Assembly (NCBI GenBank): GCA_054600435.1
Contig: BAAIJX010000010.1
Coordinates: 310,001-374,000, forward strand
Direction: 5' to 3'
DNA from: Neophaeotheca triangularis
Lineage: Eukaryota
Length of the DNA: 64,000 nucleotides
How positions within the stretch are numbered: position 1 is the first letter of the stretch; each line of letters starts with the position of its first letter. The notes beneath the pieces are model-generated. The model was not told where the DNA came from. It saw only the letters and a program-made list of their open reading frames with translations, and searched no databases. This document shows, piece by piece, positions 1 to 12,167 of this stretch. The translations under genes were made by a program, and so were the position numbers.

Positions 1-409
1 GCACAGGGGCGTGATCGGCGTGTTGACGGGCTTGACGAGGACGGACTGGTGGTGGAGCTGCGGAGAGATTAATGAGCCATCACTATAATACGTTTACCGC
101 AGAAATACATACCTCCGGAAGGGCAGGGTCCCTCGCATCCACAACAGTCCAGCCGAGCTCGATAACCTCTGCGCTGTCCTTGGTTACGTAGACGCCGTGC
201 TCATCGCAGGTAGTAGCGATGTGAATGATGCAGTACTTGTCGAACTGCGGCGGCTGGGAAGCCGCCGTGGGAGGGTATTGGCCTTGAGCAGACTGGCTTT
301 GGCGAGATTCAGTACCGTAGGGCGCTGGTGCACCGCTTTGTGGGCCCGCGGAGCCTGGGGTTGGGTATGGGTTGCCCTGGTAAGGCTGGGCTTGGGTGGG
401 AGTTGCCAT
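1..409 (-). CDS. 5' part of an Nrp1/Arp-like RNA-binding protein gene (N-terminal exonuclease-like domain); runs off the window edge
   Basis: Exon 113..409 (…YCIIHIATTCDEHGVYVTKDSAEVIELGW…LPE), GT..AG intron 58..112, then exon 1..57 (LHHQSVLVKPVNTPITPLC). This matches the N-terminal domain I recall for fungal asparagine-rich RNA-binding protein (Arp/Nrp1). Confidence 0.75.
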
Positions 410-2439
410 GGTTTCTTTGGTATCCTTATTTCCCTAACGCCAAACGCCCAAGGTGATGTGTGAAGTACGTGATCGTATGGATGAAGTAGGGTAAGAAAGC
501 GGTCGTTGGCGAAGGTGCTGCTGGAGCCTGAAGATTGTTATTGAGGTGTGCGGAAGAGGTGAGGTCGGAAGTAAGCGTACCTGCTTAAATGGCGAGATTC
601 CAGGTGGATGCTCCTACCGATGACGTCTCTTTCTTCACGTGGAAGCGTACCTAATATACCACGTGCACACTAGGTATTGGTATGGGTACAGGCAAGCGGA
701 CAGCGTTGTGAGAGATGAGGAAGATAGTTAAAGTCGTGGAAAAGGGGGTTGATGTTGAAGTAGGAAGTCGACGAAGCTCGACACGACGTCGAGCACAAAT
801 TTGCCGGAGGTACTAGGTAAGCCTGTAAACGTGAAACTCGGCTACGGATAACAGCTAATAACTAGCGCTCGGGTGACCAATGCCTGAAGCAACCCGACGT
901 CATTGCATAAACAATATAAAATATCACGTACGCCCGGGCGGTTACGAGCAAAGCACATTGACTTGACAAGCAGATGGATCATACCTAGCACATCCGCAGG
1001 GAATCGTCTCTGCCAAAATTCTGCAAGTCGGTCTTTGCATTAAAAGCGGCCAGCCAAGGCAGCACAATGAGACCTTCAAAGCGACCAAAGGTCCACAAGG
1101 CACGTCGATCAACCTTTCCTTGTTTACAATTTAGATGCGCTCGCGGCGTGACACAAGACTACCTGATGAGTACCACGCGCAACCTATCCACAGGCTCATG
1201 AGCCATGGCAGAATGGCACCTTGCACGTGTCACTGTTGCACAATGCAGCTGCAACTCGCTCGATCAAGCCCTGAAGCCGTTCCCAGTACCTTGGACACCT
1301 GTCGAGAAGGCAACCATACAGGGCGATACCGTTTTAAATAGAACGGGTGCCTGTTCTCGTGCAAGCGAAGAGTGAACAAAACTGGCCCGGCGCTGGAGGC
1401 ACGCACCCGAGCAGCGGTCCAGGTACTGGGGGATTGAGCTAGTCGGACAAGGACAACTCGTGACTCGAGAAGGAGTGAGAAGGCAACGAGCACTGGTACG
1501 GTACCATGTTGTGTAAAGTCGTTAAAGGTGAGGTCGTGGGACTCAACTCTGAGTATGTCCCAATGTCTGAAGAAGTAACTGGTGAATCGATAGAATTCGT
1601 CGGTCTTATAGTATATCATTGCTGTGAAACTCGCCGAGCAGCTTTGATCGGCTTTGACGAAGCATGATTCTAGCTCTGAATCGGGAGGGACATCACAGGG
1701 CTGCTGATAATGTTATGAGACTGAGGCAACTAAGGCATCGAGTTCGACATAGTGATATATCTGTAGGCTTTAGTAGCTCCTGGCGAAGGAGACCACTTGT
1801 GTTGAAGGCAAAGACCTATTGATTCAGGCAGCTCGCAGATCATGAGGTACGAGTATCCACGCCTGTCGGACTGGTGAAGCTGTCCATCATTGCCGGGAGG
1901 TGCTACTGCGCTTTTGATATCTCACCCACGGGGGAAAAATATGCATTTCAAGATGTGATATGAATCGTGAAAATTCTTGATTCTGTACAAGTCTTGGGAA
2001 TCGGAAAGAAGGAAAGTGCGCACCGTCATTAGTTGTATAGGTACCTAGGTAGTCAACAAGGTAGGGAGAATGCCAAGAGACGTATCGAGACACGTGATGG
2101 CGTGACAAGCTCTCCGCGTTCTCTTCTGCGCGTCTTCTACTTACGAACATCCATGAAATGACCTAACCACATGAAATAACGCAAGCATGGTGTCGGTCGC
2201 AGAAAGCAGTATTGCGAGCATATCAACACCCATGCTAGACCAGCTTCACGAGCATATGCGCATCGCTTCCCATTTAAGCTGACGCGAGATCCCTGCAGCA
2301 TTGCCCTGAACCTTGTCGAGACGCCGCCAGCGCGCATCGCGACGGGACATCACAAATTGAGAAGCGGACACCGAACGCTGAAGGAGACATTCCATCGCAA
2401 GGCCAGCAACTGGATGAGACAATACCCGAATCGCTAGAT

Positions 2440-5400
2440 GTGCAACGATTTCCGCTCGCCTCGAACAAAGCGCCACCGAGGCTGAATCCATCCAAGTCTG
2501 CGCCAGAGAGACAGATGGACGCGATTGTCCAAGCCAGTCAATCTCAGCACGGCCTACACACCATGCCAAAGGCGACAACATTCCACCAAGGCTATGAGGG
2601 TGGGGACACGCAGCCTATGGACACTCAAGTCTATCGCGACTGGCAGCTTCGGGAGTCGATGATGCAGACAGGCGCAATAATAACTCCGAAGAAACTGGCC
2701 GCGACAGAGACGCAAGGCTCAACTGCGCAGGATAACAACACCTACACTACCAACGCAACAGACAAGACGCCCAGAACGTATGAAGAGGGCGATACTGGAT
2801 ACATCGATCTAGCCGGCGCTTTCCAGCCTGGATCACCTGCTCACTCTACGTCTGATCTTGGAGATTTGCTGGAGACGCAGCGCACACAGGGCTACACCCA
2901 AGAGAATTCTAGACCTACTTTCCCGGAGACGCCTGCTTTTGCGGGACAGAAACGAAAGGCAAATGGAGAGGCAGCAGAGTCACAGTCGCAACCTGCTACA
3001 ACCACAAAGACGCCTGGTTTCACCCAGATGTTTGGGGCTGCTGGGAACGCACCGGCATTCAGTGCGACGCAGCTGTTTAACCAAACTCAAGCGCCGTCAT
3101 CGCCTCTACCCGATGCGCCTCGCTCTGATCCCGTTGTTACCCGCCCTTCGCCAAACATGAACAATCAATATAGTGTCTCCTCGCCAGAGATCGCTGCATC
3201 ATCGCCAATGGAGACACTGCATAAGAGGCCAAGGTCGACGGCGGGAGAGCCGAGGGACACGTACACCAGCATGAGAGAGTCGCAGGAGCGGCGGGCGGCA
3301 CGTTTGAGGAAAGAGCTGGAAGAAAGGAGACAATTGGGCTTCGGTGCGGGCGACGATAATGGATCGGAAGAAGACAGTGACGAGCGTAGAATGGAACAAA
3401 GGCGAATGCACCGGGTCCTGAGCGATCGCTCGATGCCAGATCTTGCAAGATTCGGTGCGCCTGCACGCGCCAGCTCACGCCCAAGCTCGAGTCGGAAGAA
3501 ACACGCTACCATCGATCTGGTCACTCCAGCTACTGCTCGAAAGGATGACAGGCTAGACTTTGACGTTTCCGACGATGGCGAGCTTACTGAGGACGAGGGC
3601 CCACAGCACACTGCAGATGACCACTCATACGGCGAGAATGAGACTGATAAAGGAGGACCCGATGACAAGGTTGAGGTTGAAGCTGAGGATGAGGACGTGC
3701 AAGCTGGTCAAAACGATAACGACGAATACGACGAGCTTGCGCAAACCGTGCTTAAGAGCCAGGGTGGCGAAGTAGAACCAGTGGAATGGGATCAAGCAGA
3801 GTATGAACATGACGAGGTGGAAGAAGATCAAGAAGAAGGCGAGCAGCCGATGCAAGAGATCGACGAAACAGTGGCCTCAGTGGACGACAATGCGACAGAA
3901 GAACGCGATGTCCAGGCTCATAAATCGAATGATCGCATGAATGGCACCCAACCCTCAGCCATAGCCGACTCGCAGCCGCAGCGGCCACAAGCGTCCGCAG
4001 CAGCCTCCTCTCAGAAGCCAAAAGCTTCTTCGGCGTACTCATTTGTACCTGGATCTCAACACGCCGGAAGAACCAGCCAAGACCAAGCGCGAGCTGCGTC
4101 TAAAATTCCAGATTCGTCGGGCATGCCTAAGGCGTCATCCTTGAGCCAACCGCAAACTTCTGGTGCCATGCCAAGCAGTCCTCCGCGCCCGCAGAACTAC
4201 GACACTGTGCCCGAAGACTCGGCAGAAGCTTCACACGTTCGCCGGCAGGCCTTGGCTGTATTCCAACAACGACCGCAAAGCTCTCGAGATGAGGCAGGAA
4301 CTTTGCAAGAAGTTCCAGAGAGCGACCTGCCCGAAGGCGGCCGAGATCATGGCGCTTCGAACACTCAGAGTAACCAACCGGCTCCCTATTCAACAGCACG
4401 AACTCACCTATCGGCTGGAGGACCATCGCCTGGGAAAGCAGCCAAGTCTTCAGCAAAAAACCTGGCAAGCCAACAGAGTAAAGCGCCCTCCCCTTCACCG
4501 CGCAAAGCTGCTGGAGTCAGTCGCTTCGTAGATATTGCGGGCGATTCGGTCCCGGACGGAAGTGGTGAAGCAAGTCTCGACCTCGACGCTATGATGGGCG
4601 ATGTCTTTACCGCTGAAGATCAGGAAGTCGTCGCCGCCCTCTCGAGTCCTCCAAGCACCAAGGCAAACAAGCGCCGAAAGACATCGAAGTCTGTACGTGT
4701 CAGCAAGTCGCCGGCTAAGCGGACGAAACAAGCCGGTTTTCTGGATCAGATAGACCAGGGACCGACTGGACAACCTACGGCTACCGACACATCCACTGAG
4801 CACCCAGCGAACTCTGCCCGGGAACCTCCTCCTAGCCCAAGCAAAGAGAATGAGCGTCCCTCGGATACCACAGAGGACGTCGAAATGGAAGATGCCACAC
4901 CTGATAGTGTGCGTCGACGTGAGGCAGCAGGTGCGAGGGCAGCAAGTCAGCTGGTCCACGGTCGTTCAGCCAAAGCGGCGAAGCCCGCAAACAAGGCTGT
5001 TTCGGGCAACACAGACGCATTCAAAAGGCAACAAAAAGGTTCCGAACGGGGAAAGACAATAAAGTTGGCCAAGTCCAAGGTTAAAGCTCCTCACGAGCGT
5101 GTCTCGGAGCGAAATGCTGGCGAAGATCTTCCTCAAGCTCTGCATGATGAGACCGCAGGCCAAGCGGCCGTGGACAGAGTACCCGAAGGTGGCATAGCCC
5201 ATGGGCAAGCTCAGAACACGGAAGTCACAAACTCGCTTCGCGTATTCGCGCTGTTCAAAGGCCAGTACAACAGCTTCTATCCAGCCACGTGGCTGGCCTC
5301 TTCTGCCGACATGCAAGAGTACAGGGTGCGCTTCGACGACACCACTATAACTTCAATCGCCTCGCATCTTGTAGCCCGGCTAGAGCTGTGCAAGGGAGAC

Positions 5401-6744
5401 ATCGTCAAGGTAGATCTGCCGGGGATGAAGAAGAACACCTACATTGTTCAAGGGCTCGGAACTTCCCAAGAGGCCGCAAAGGCTAGGCCGGGAGAAATGG
5501 ATATTTATGGACATTCGATTGTCAAAGTGCAAGCCAAAGCTTCTAGCCGAAACAGCTTCGCAGCGGATGGCGCTGTGGTCGCGGTCCAGGGTGAAGTCTT
5601 GGACGTGCACTTGAGCTGCGTTTACCTCACACATACGATGTGGGCGAACTACTCACATCGAACCTTCACACCGCCAGCAAAGGTACAAGACCGCTCTACT
5701 CGCTTCGTCACGCCATCCACGGGCACCGCTACGCCGTCGACAGAAACACCCACATCTCGCTCGCGCCGGAACGGGTTGCTATCAGGCCGAATCGCCAGCA
5801 AAGCACCCCAATCTCATCTGCGCGAAGGATCAGTCACATCATCCACAGACCAGAGCGGCGGTGACGTATTCGCAGGCATGGCTTTCGCAATCTCCTACGG
5901 TTCCAACGAAGCAGAAAAAGCCCTAATCACAGGCATGATCCAACGCAATGGCGGCATCATCCTCGAAAGCGGCTTCGACGAGCTCTTCGCCCTGCCCAGC
6001 CTAGAAGCGTCGAACCCAGCCTCGCCCAACAAACGCTCACCGCGCAAAGATACCTCACCCACGGAACCCGAAGCCACCGGCCTCCGACTCAAACCGGAAC
6101 ACGCAGACCTAGGCTTCGTAGCCCTGATCGCCGACCGCCACAGCCGCCGCGCAAAGTATGTGCAAGCCCTCGCCCTAGGCCTGCCCACCATAGCCGGCCG
6201 CTGGATCACCGACTCCCTGGAGAGCGTCAACGGACCGTTGCCATGGACAAAATACCTACTTCCCGCAGGCGAGAGCTCGTACCTCAGCGGCGCCGTGCGC
6301 TCACGAGTCCTCGCCAGCTACGACCCTATGGGCGCCCAGCTGTCCGCTAGCATCGAGAGCCGGGAGGTGCTCCTCCAAGGCCAGGGTGTACTCATCGTGT
6401 CCCCGAAGAAGGGTAAGAGTACGTGGGAGCGCAGGAAGGCGTACGCGTTTCTCACGCTCGCGCTGGGCGCGGGACACGTCAAGCGGGTTGGGGATGTGGA
6501 GGAGGCTAAAGCGCTCGTGGATGCGGACGGGGAGGATAGGTGGAAGTGGGTGTATGTTGATGGGGCTGTGGGGGAAGCTGCGAGTGTGCTGTTCGGGAGC
6601 AAGGTTGGGGGTGTGAGGAACGGTAAGAAGCGGAAGAGGGGTAAGGGTGCGGAGGTCAAGATGTCGGTCGGAGATGGCAGGGTGAGGGTCGTAAATGATG
6701 AGTTTGTGGTGCAGAGCTTAATTCTTGGGGCGCTGGTTGATTGA
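2440..6744 (+). CDS. rad9: DNA damage checkpoint mediator Rad9/Crb2 (53BP1-like): SQ/TQ-rich disordered N-terminus, tandem Tudor, tandem BRCT
   Basis: 1434-aa ORF with TQ/SQ clusters (GDTQPMDTQ, ATQLFNQTQAPSSP), a Tudor-like region (VFALFKGQYNSFYPAT…RVRFDD…LELCKGDIVKV) and a BRCT region (VFAGMAFAISY…RRAKYVQALALGLPTIAGRWI…KYLLPAGES…VVNDEFVVQSLILG). The true start is uncertain: the frame is open from about 2278, there is a possible acceptor at 2298, and the first in-frame ATG is at 2515. Confidence 0.88.
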   Translation: MQRFPLASNKAPPRLNPSKSAPERQMDAIVQASQSQHGLHTMPKATTFHQGYEGGDTQPMDTQVYRDWQLRESMMQTGAIITPKKLAATETQGSTAQDNNTYTTNATDKTPRTYEEGDTGYIDLAGAFQPGSPAHSTSDLGDLLETQRTQGYTQENSRPTFPETPAFAGQKRKANGEAAESQSQPATTTKTPGFTQMFGAAGNAPAFSATQLFNQTQAPSSPLPDAPRSDPVVTRPSPNMNNQYSVSSPEIAASSPMETLHKRPRSTAGEPRDTYTSMRESQERRAARLRKELEERRQLGFGAGDDNGSEEDSDERRMEQRRMHRVLSDRSMPDLARFGAPARASSRPSSSRKKHATIDLVTPATARKDDRLDFDVSDDGELTEDEGPQHTADDHSYGENETDKGGPDDKVEVEAEDEDVQAGQNDNDEYDELAQTVLKSQGGEVEPVEWDQAEYEHDEVEEDQEEGEQPMQEIDETVASVDDNATEERDVQAHKSNDRMNGTQPSAIADSQPQRPQASAAASSQKPKASSAYSFVPGSQHAGRTSQDQARAASKIPDSSGMPKASSLSQPQTSGAMPSSPPRPQNYDTVPEDSAEASHVRRQALAVFQQRPQSSRDEAGTLQEVPESDLPEGGRDHGASNTQSNQPAPYSTARTHLSAGGPSPGKAAKSSAKNLASQQSKAPSPSPRKAAGVSRFVDIAGDSVPDGSGEASLDLDAMMGDVFTAEDQEVVAALSSPPSTKANKRRKTSKSVRVSKSPAKRTKQAGFLDQIDQGPTGQPTATDTSTEHPANSAREPPPSPSKENERPSDTTEDVEMEDATPDSVRRREAAGARAASQLVHGRSAKAAKPANKAVSGNTDAFKRQQKGSERGKTIKLAKSKVKAPHERVSERNAGEDLPQALHDETAGQAAVDRVPEGGIAHGQAQNTEVTNSLRVFALFKGQYNSFYPATWLASSADMQEYRVRFDDTTITSIASHLVARLELCKGDIVKVDLPGMKKNTYIVQGLGTSQEAAKARPGEMDIYGHSIVKVQAKASSRNSFAADGAVVAVQGEVLDVHLSCVYLTHTMWANYSHRTFTPPAKVQDRSTRFVTPSTGTATPSTETPTSRSRRNGLLSGRIASKAPQSHLREGSVTSSTDQSGGDVFAGMAFAISYGSNEAEKALITGMIQRNGGIILESGFDELFALPSLEASNPASPNKRSPRKDTSPTEPEATGLRLKPEHADLGFVALIADRHSRRAKYVQALALGLPTIAGRWITDSLESVNGPLPWTKYLLPAGESSYLSGAVRSRVLASYDPMGAQLSASIESREVLLQGQGVLIVSPKKGKSTWERRKAYAFLTLALGAGHVKRVGDVEEAKALVDADGEDRWKWVYVDGAVGEAASVLFGSKVGGVRNGKKRKRGKGAEVKMSVGDGRVRVVNDEFVVQSLILGALVD

Positions 6745-7996
6745 GCGGAAGGAGTGCTCGAGAGAGGCTCGAGGTGCCCCTTTTTTTGTTGTCAACGTGA
6801 TACCCCCATTCTCCCGATTAAGAAGAGACACCGGATAGTTTAGGTACGAGATGTACAGTCGAAAAGTTGAAAATCGAAAGATGATAGTCAAATGCTGGAA
6901 GTGTACCGTTGACCTACGATAGGGACGTAGTACCCGAAGAACCAAGATACCAAGTCGCCTGGGCATATCTTGATCGCGCTGCCTCACGGCGCTTATCTCG
7001 TCAGATAGCAGATAAGAGACCTGCAGAGAGGTCTAAAACGGACTACATCTCCTCTGTTCATGTTCCCATCTTCACTCTTTTGCTGTCTCACGGAGCCAAC
7101 TTGATTATTAAGTGATCCGATCAGCAGGAGAATGAAAGCGTCGGGTCGTGGGGAGAGAATGAGGGACATGCCCATTGTCCCTGAATATCCCTCCCAAGAC
7201 CCGCGGTCACGACAATCAAGAGTGAAAGAACGCAGGCTGACGTTCTCGAAGCCCAAATCCGGGATGAAAAGTTTCCCCCACCTTCTACATGTCAGCACGC
7301 TTCCATCCCTAATAATGATGAGCCAACGGGAAGAGGAGAGGGTAGATCGCCTACCACACCGTCTCTGGTCCAATCGAATCCGTAGCGGCAAATTTGCATC
7401 AATTCGGACCCTCTTTGCAACTCCACAAGGTTCACGATTTCCACCAATCTAGGCAAGATGAATCTGTCTGCTGTACTTAGTCGAAGAAGAGCCATTCCAT
7501 CTTCGTCGATGCCCAGGACAACGCCAGGACCGAAAGTGCCGTCTTATGCCCCCCCTCCACCTCGGACTGGGCGGGGACATACATACTCCAGCGATCACGA
7601 CATCAAGTCTTCATTGTTACAATGCATGCTTTGGTCGATCAAGAATCGGCCCAGATATGTCTTCTTGTCCGATCAAGTAGACTACTGTAACGCATACACC
7701 CGCGCTTTTGCACGTAGGAGAGGACTACAAGGCAGCCCTGGCGGAAGCCAATATAATGCCTCGGGTAATATAATGCTCTCGAGACCCATCCTTCCACCCC
7801 CTCCGGTACCCGCATCATTCGACTTGTGCTGCACTGGTGCGCTGATCTGCAAAACTCTCTGATGAGGTCCTTGGTGCCAGGCACATGGCCGCATATGAAA
7901 GCTATAATAATGATCTATTGCAGCTCGCTCCGGGCAATGTAAGTTGGAACTTCTTCCCTAACCATCCTTCTCTCAACCTTCAAACCCGAGGCTATC

Positions 7997-9882
7997 ATGG
8001 CTTCTGTACCTAACATCGAGAAGATGGCTGATGGCAAAGATGTTGCCGTCAACCAAACTTCTGCGTACACGCCCCAACTAGCTTCGTCCCCCAGCGACGA
8101 CTTGGACGACAGTTACAATCTCTACAAAGCTGGAGTCCACGAAGGCGAAGAGCTTGACCCTCAGGAAGCGAATTCAGTTTTGAGGAAGATCGATTGGCGC
8201 ATCATCCCAATGCTGTGGCTTATCTACTTGCTACAGTGTATGTCTCTAAGCAAAGAAGCTAATCACTCCCGTTGACTAACGCTGGCCGCAGATTTGGATA
8301 AAAACGGCATCAACTATGCCTCAGTCTACGGCTTGCGAGGGCCTGAAGGTATGCAGCTTGAGAACAGAGGATCTCAAGCAAACACCTTCTGACCATCTCG
8401 ACCGTAGGAGTCAACTTGCACGGTAACGAGTACTCTTGGCTGTCCTCTATCTGTACGTGCGACGGTGCTTCGACGTTTGAAGCCAATCACTAAAACCGAC
8501 CAGATTACTTTGGCTACCTGATCTCGCAATGGCCCGCAGGATACGCCATGCAGCGCCTTCCTCTCGGGAAGGTTCTGGGGAGCACCACTGTCACCTGGGG
8601 CGTCATCCTCATTCTCACGCCGGCCTGTACCAGCTTTAGCGGAATTGCTGCGAACCGCTTCTTCCTTGGATGCGCCGAGGCAGTAGTCAACCCTGGATTC
8701 GTTCTTGTCATGAGCATGTGGTACAAATCGCAAGAGCAGCCCCTACGACTCGAGGTGAGCATTGCCATTGCTACTGCGATACAGTTTCACTCCTGACGCT
8801 TATAGGCCTACTACTGCACGAACGGAATCGCAACCATGTTCGGAGGGCTTATCGGCTACGCCATCGGGCACATTGAAAGTGCTCTGCCACGCTGGATGTA
8901 CGTGTTCTTCTTGTTTGGGGCCATCAGCATTGTCGCCGGTCTTGTAGCACTCGTGGTACTGCCGGACCTACCATCCACAGCCAAGTTCCTGAATGAACGC
9001 GAGCGCGTCGTGGCAGTAGAGCGGGTATCTGGCAATCGACAAGGCGTCAAGAACCAGCACTTCAAAAAGAACCAAGCCTATCAGGTGCTCATCGATCCCA
9101 AGACTTGGATTCTCTTCACCATGGCGACTGCGGCTCAAATTCCCAACTCGGCTTTGACGTCTTTTGCTTCCATCATTGTTGGGAGCTTTGTTTTCGAAAC
9201 CCTGCAAACACAATACATGCAAATCCATGGAGGTGCCATCCAATTCCTCGCGTTGATTGGCGGAGGTTTCATCTGCTCCCGGTTTCCCAACGCAAGATGC
9301 GTGACGATGATCGTAGCCAATTCAATTTGCATTCTGGGCTCGGCGCTTCTTGTTGGACTACCAGAGAACAACCAATGGGGCAGGGTACGTCTCCCACACT
9401 TGCATATGCGGACTAGAAGCTGATTTGCGCTTCTAGATGGTTGCCCTTTGGCTCTGCTATTTTCAAAGTCTTGGCTTTTCCATGAGCTTGACCATGATCA
9501 GCAGCAACATTGCAGGCTACACAAAGAAGCAACTGACAGGCGCCGTACTGTTCACTGGGTACTGCATCGGTAACATAATTTCACCGCAAATGTTCAAGGA
9601 TAGCAAGCCTACGACATCAGCGTACATTGCGTAAGCCACTCTACTCGACGTAGATCGAGAATTCACGTCGCTAATTTCGGATTCAGGATGCTGGTCGGTT
9701 ACGTCGTCAAGCTTCTAATGGTGATCGTGCTGTACATCTATATGTGGGGGGTCAACAAGAAGAGGGACCGCGAAGCCGCCTTGTCTGGAAACGTGAGCGA
9801 GGAGGAGGAAAAGGCTGCGATCGAGCGTGGTATGCACGATATGACTGAGCTTGACAATAAGGGTTTCAGATACAGTCTTTGA
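7997..9882 (+). CDS. MFS transporter, allantoate permease (Dal5-like, ACS) family; 7 exons
   Basis: Spliced reading gives LRKIDWRIIP, YLDKNGINYASVYG, EYSWLSSI, RFFLGCAEA, MWYKSQEQPLR, LPDLPSTAKFLNERER, DPKTW and SNIAGYTKK. Six canonical GT..AG introns with CTRAC-like branch points join the ORF fragments in frame. Confidence 0.9.
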
Positions 9883-10244
9883 TTGCTTTTCTATAGCCAA
9901 AAAGAACGGTCACGCAATAGAGAAAGCTAGCCTCACCAGTACTCTACTGGAGAAAAACGACCTTACGACACCGGTTGGAGTGTGAGACCTGTGACTGGGC
10001 GCTTCTAGCTCTAACGACTACATTGACTCTCAAGCTTTAAGTGCCTGCGTTGCAGCAGGCAGTGATAGAGAATACCCAAAGCCAAGTTATCGCTGGAAGA
10101 CTGGAGCCTGAGAACTACCTCCCATATCTCTTACCTCTTCCACTTGCAAACAATCCCCTTCTCAACATCCAACCTCGATCCATCAACACCACACAGCTTC
10201 CATCCTCGCCAACAAAAGGTCATCAACCCACAAGACTGACAACC

Positions 10245-11939
10245 ATGTCCTACCAACAAAACAACCAACAATACGGCTACGACGACGGCAAGACCAAAAT
10301 GTGTTACTCCTCCACGCAAGTCGCCTACAATAGCGGAGCAGGCCAACAAATGCCAACGATGCCTCCGATGCAGATGCCACAACTACCCATCATGGACCCC
10401 AACTTCCATCAAAATGCTCTCACCAACCACATGAATTTGCATAGTAGCATGGTCCAAGGCATGGGGAATATGAGTCTGGGGTATCCCCATCAGCAGCAGA
10501 TGCTTCCCCCCGGGCCACAGCAGATCGGCCATTTACCTCAGCCTCAGCAAGGACAACGGCAGCTGCTCCCTCCACAGAAACAGTCCGGTTACGTGGAAAA
10601 CGACGACGACTACGACGAGAGCTCCTCAGAAGACGAAGCCAGCGACTCTTCCTCAGACGAAAAAGCCAGACCCTCCCACTCAAACCTCGAAGCCGAAAAC
10701 CGCCGCCTCCGCGAGCAATACGAAAACGAGTCCCGCCACTTGCGCTCTCAGCTGGAGAGAGAAAAACGCCACAACGCCCAGTTGGCCGAAAGCTACCGCA
10801 ACGCCGCCTCGACCCCCAAAGAGCCTCCAAGCTTCGACACCGCTGCTCTGGGAAAAATCGTCGAGACTATTGTCAAAAAGCATTCGTCCAAGAGCTCTGG
10901 GCCGTCACGAGAGGAGATGACGGCGCTGATTCAGCAGGCTTGCGCAAAGCAAATGGAGGGGTTGGCGAAGAAGGAGGATATTCGTGCCGTGGCTGGGGAC
11001 ATGGAGGCGGGGTTGAGGGGGAAGCGTGGGGGCGCTAGTCGTGAGGATGTTGAGAGGGCTGTGCAGGCTGGGATTCAGGGGGTTATGGATCGGTCTTTGA
11101 GGCAGTTGGCTGGGAGGCAGCAGCAGCTGCAGCAGCAGAGGCTTGAGGCGCCGGGGCGGAATCAAAATTGGCAGAACCAGCGCGCGGAATTTGAGGTTGA
11201 GGAGGTGGATGAGGAGCCCGTTAGGGCTGTGAAGAGGAGCAGCAAGTCTAGAGCTCCAAAAGCCCAGGCATTGGAGCCGGCTTACCAGACTCCAGACACT
11301 CAGGCTCTCACGCAGCTGCCGCCGACCGAGAACAGACCTGCAAAGACATCGGTGGCGCCTAGTGACAGAAATGCGCTTGTGAAACCCAAAAGCGGTGGCT
11401 CAAAAGCATCTCAAGCGCCCTCACAGCCTGCCTGCAACGTCCCGGCTTCGACAATGGCCATCCAAGACGCAGCCTATCAGCCTCTAAATAGCCACACGCT
11501 AGCCAGAATCCCCCAAGCCGAGCAAAGGCCGAGCAAAATGGCTCCCAAATCAGTGGCTCCTGGCGACCACAATGCTCTGACCAAGCCCGAAAAGCACAGA
11601 TCCGGGTCATCCAAATCACGCGCCACAAAAGCCCTCGAAGCCCCACCTTTTGGAGGCGCCGGGGATTCGATCGCGCTCGTCAAATCAAGCAAGCGGTCGT
11701 CTTCGTCCAAGAAGTCAGCGGCGCCGAGTGAACACAAAGCTATGGTTAGAGTTGGCGGCGATGTGAGGGTTTCATCTTCGAGCAAGTCGGCGGCACCTGG
11801 TGACGGCAATGCTCTTGTTGAATCCACTCGTCGGGACGGACAGTCTCGGCTGCAAAAGGCTTTGGAGCCAGTGACTGAGGAGGCTGAGAGTGGTGGGCAG
11901 CTGGTTTGCCAGAGGAAGGATGTTGCGAAGAGGCCGTAA
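10245..11939 (+). CDS. Uncharacterised low-complexity protein: Q/N/M/P-rich N-terminus, acidic tract, coiled coil, C-terminal degenerate repeats
   Basis: Single open frame 10041..11939; ATG in good context (ACCATGT) at 10245; no recognised domain. Confidence 0.7.
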   Translation: MSYQQNNQQYGYDDGKTKMCYSSTQVAYNSGAGQQMPTMPPMQMPQLPIMDPNFHQNALTNHMNLHSSMVQGMGNMSLGYPHQQQMLPPGPQQIGHLPQPQQGQRQLLPPQKQSGYVENDDDYDESSSEDEASDSSSDEKARPSHSNLEAENRRLREQYENESRHLRSQLEREKRHNAQLAESYRNAASTPKEPPSFDTAALGKIVETIVKKHSSKSSGPSREEMTALIQQACAKQMEGLAKKEDIRAVAGDMEAGLRGKRGGASREDVERAVQAGIQGVMDRSLRQLAGRQQQLQQQRLEAPGRNQNWQNQRAEFEVEEVDEEPVRAVKRSSKSRAPKAQALEPAYQTPDTQALTQLPPTENRPAKTSVAPSDRNALVKPKSGGSKASQAPSQPACNVPASTMAIQDAAYQPLNSHTLARIPQAEQRPSKMAPKSVAPGDHNALTKPEKHRSGSSKSRATKALEAPPFGGAGDSIALVKSSKRSSSSKKSAAPSEHKAMVRVGGDVRVSSSSKSAAPGDGNALVESTRRDGQSRLQKALEPVTEEAESGGQLVCQRKDVAKRP

Positions 11940-12167
11940 GGGAGAATATTGAGTTCGTGTGGGTAAGAGATATCTTTGTGAACCGGCAGATCCATGGGAA
12001 GCGTGTGCTAGCTGAATGTGGAAGGAACGTAGGATGCAAGTGATCGGTTGATAGCGTAACTCAGGGTTTCCTTAGTCGTCTGTACTCTACCTTCCTAATC
12101 AAAGCTCAGAGAAACTCCCCAACACCTCGCTAGCAATCAGAATCCGGCCCTATCCCCATGCATTTCC

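Noticed and set aside
1660..1730. ATGA…CTGA boxes and a GGGACATCACAG stretch suggesting a box C/D snoRNA
   Set aside because: No proper RUGAUGA C box or terminal stem, and the apparent rRNA complementarity is interrupted.
6993..7894. Short ORFs upstream of the MFS gene
   Set aside because: No family recognised and no coherent exon chain.
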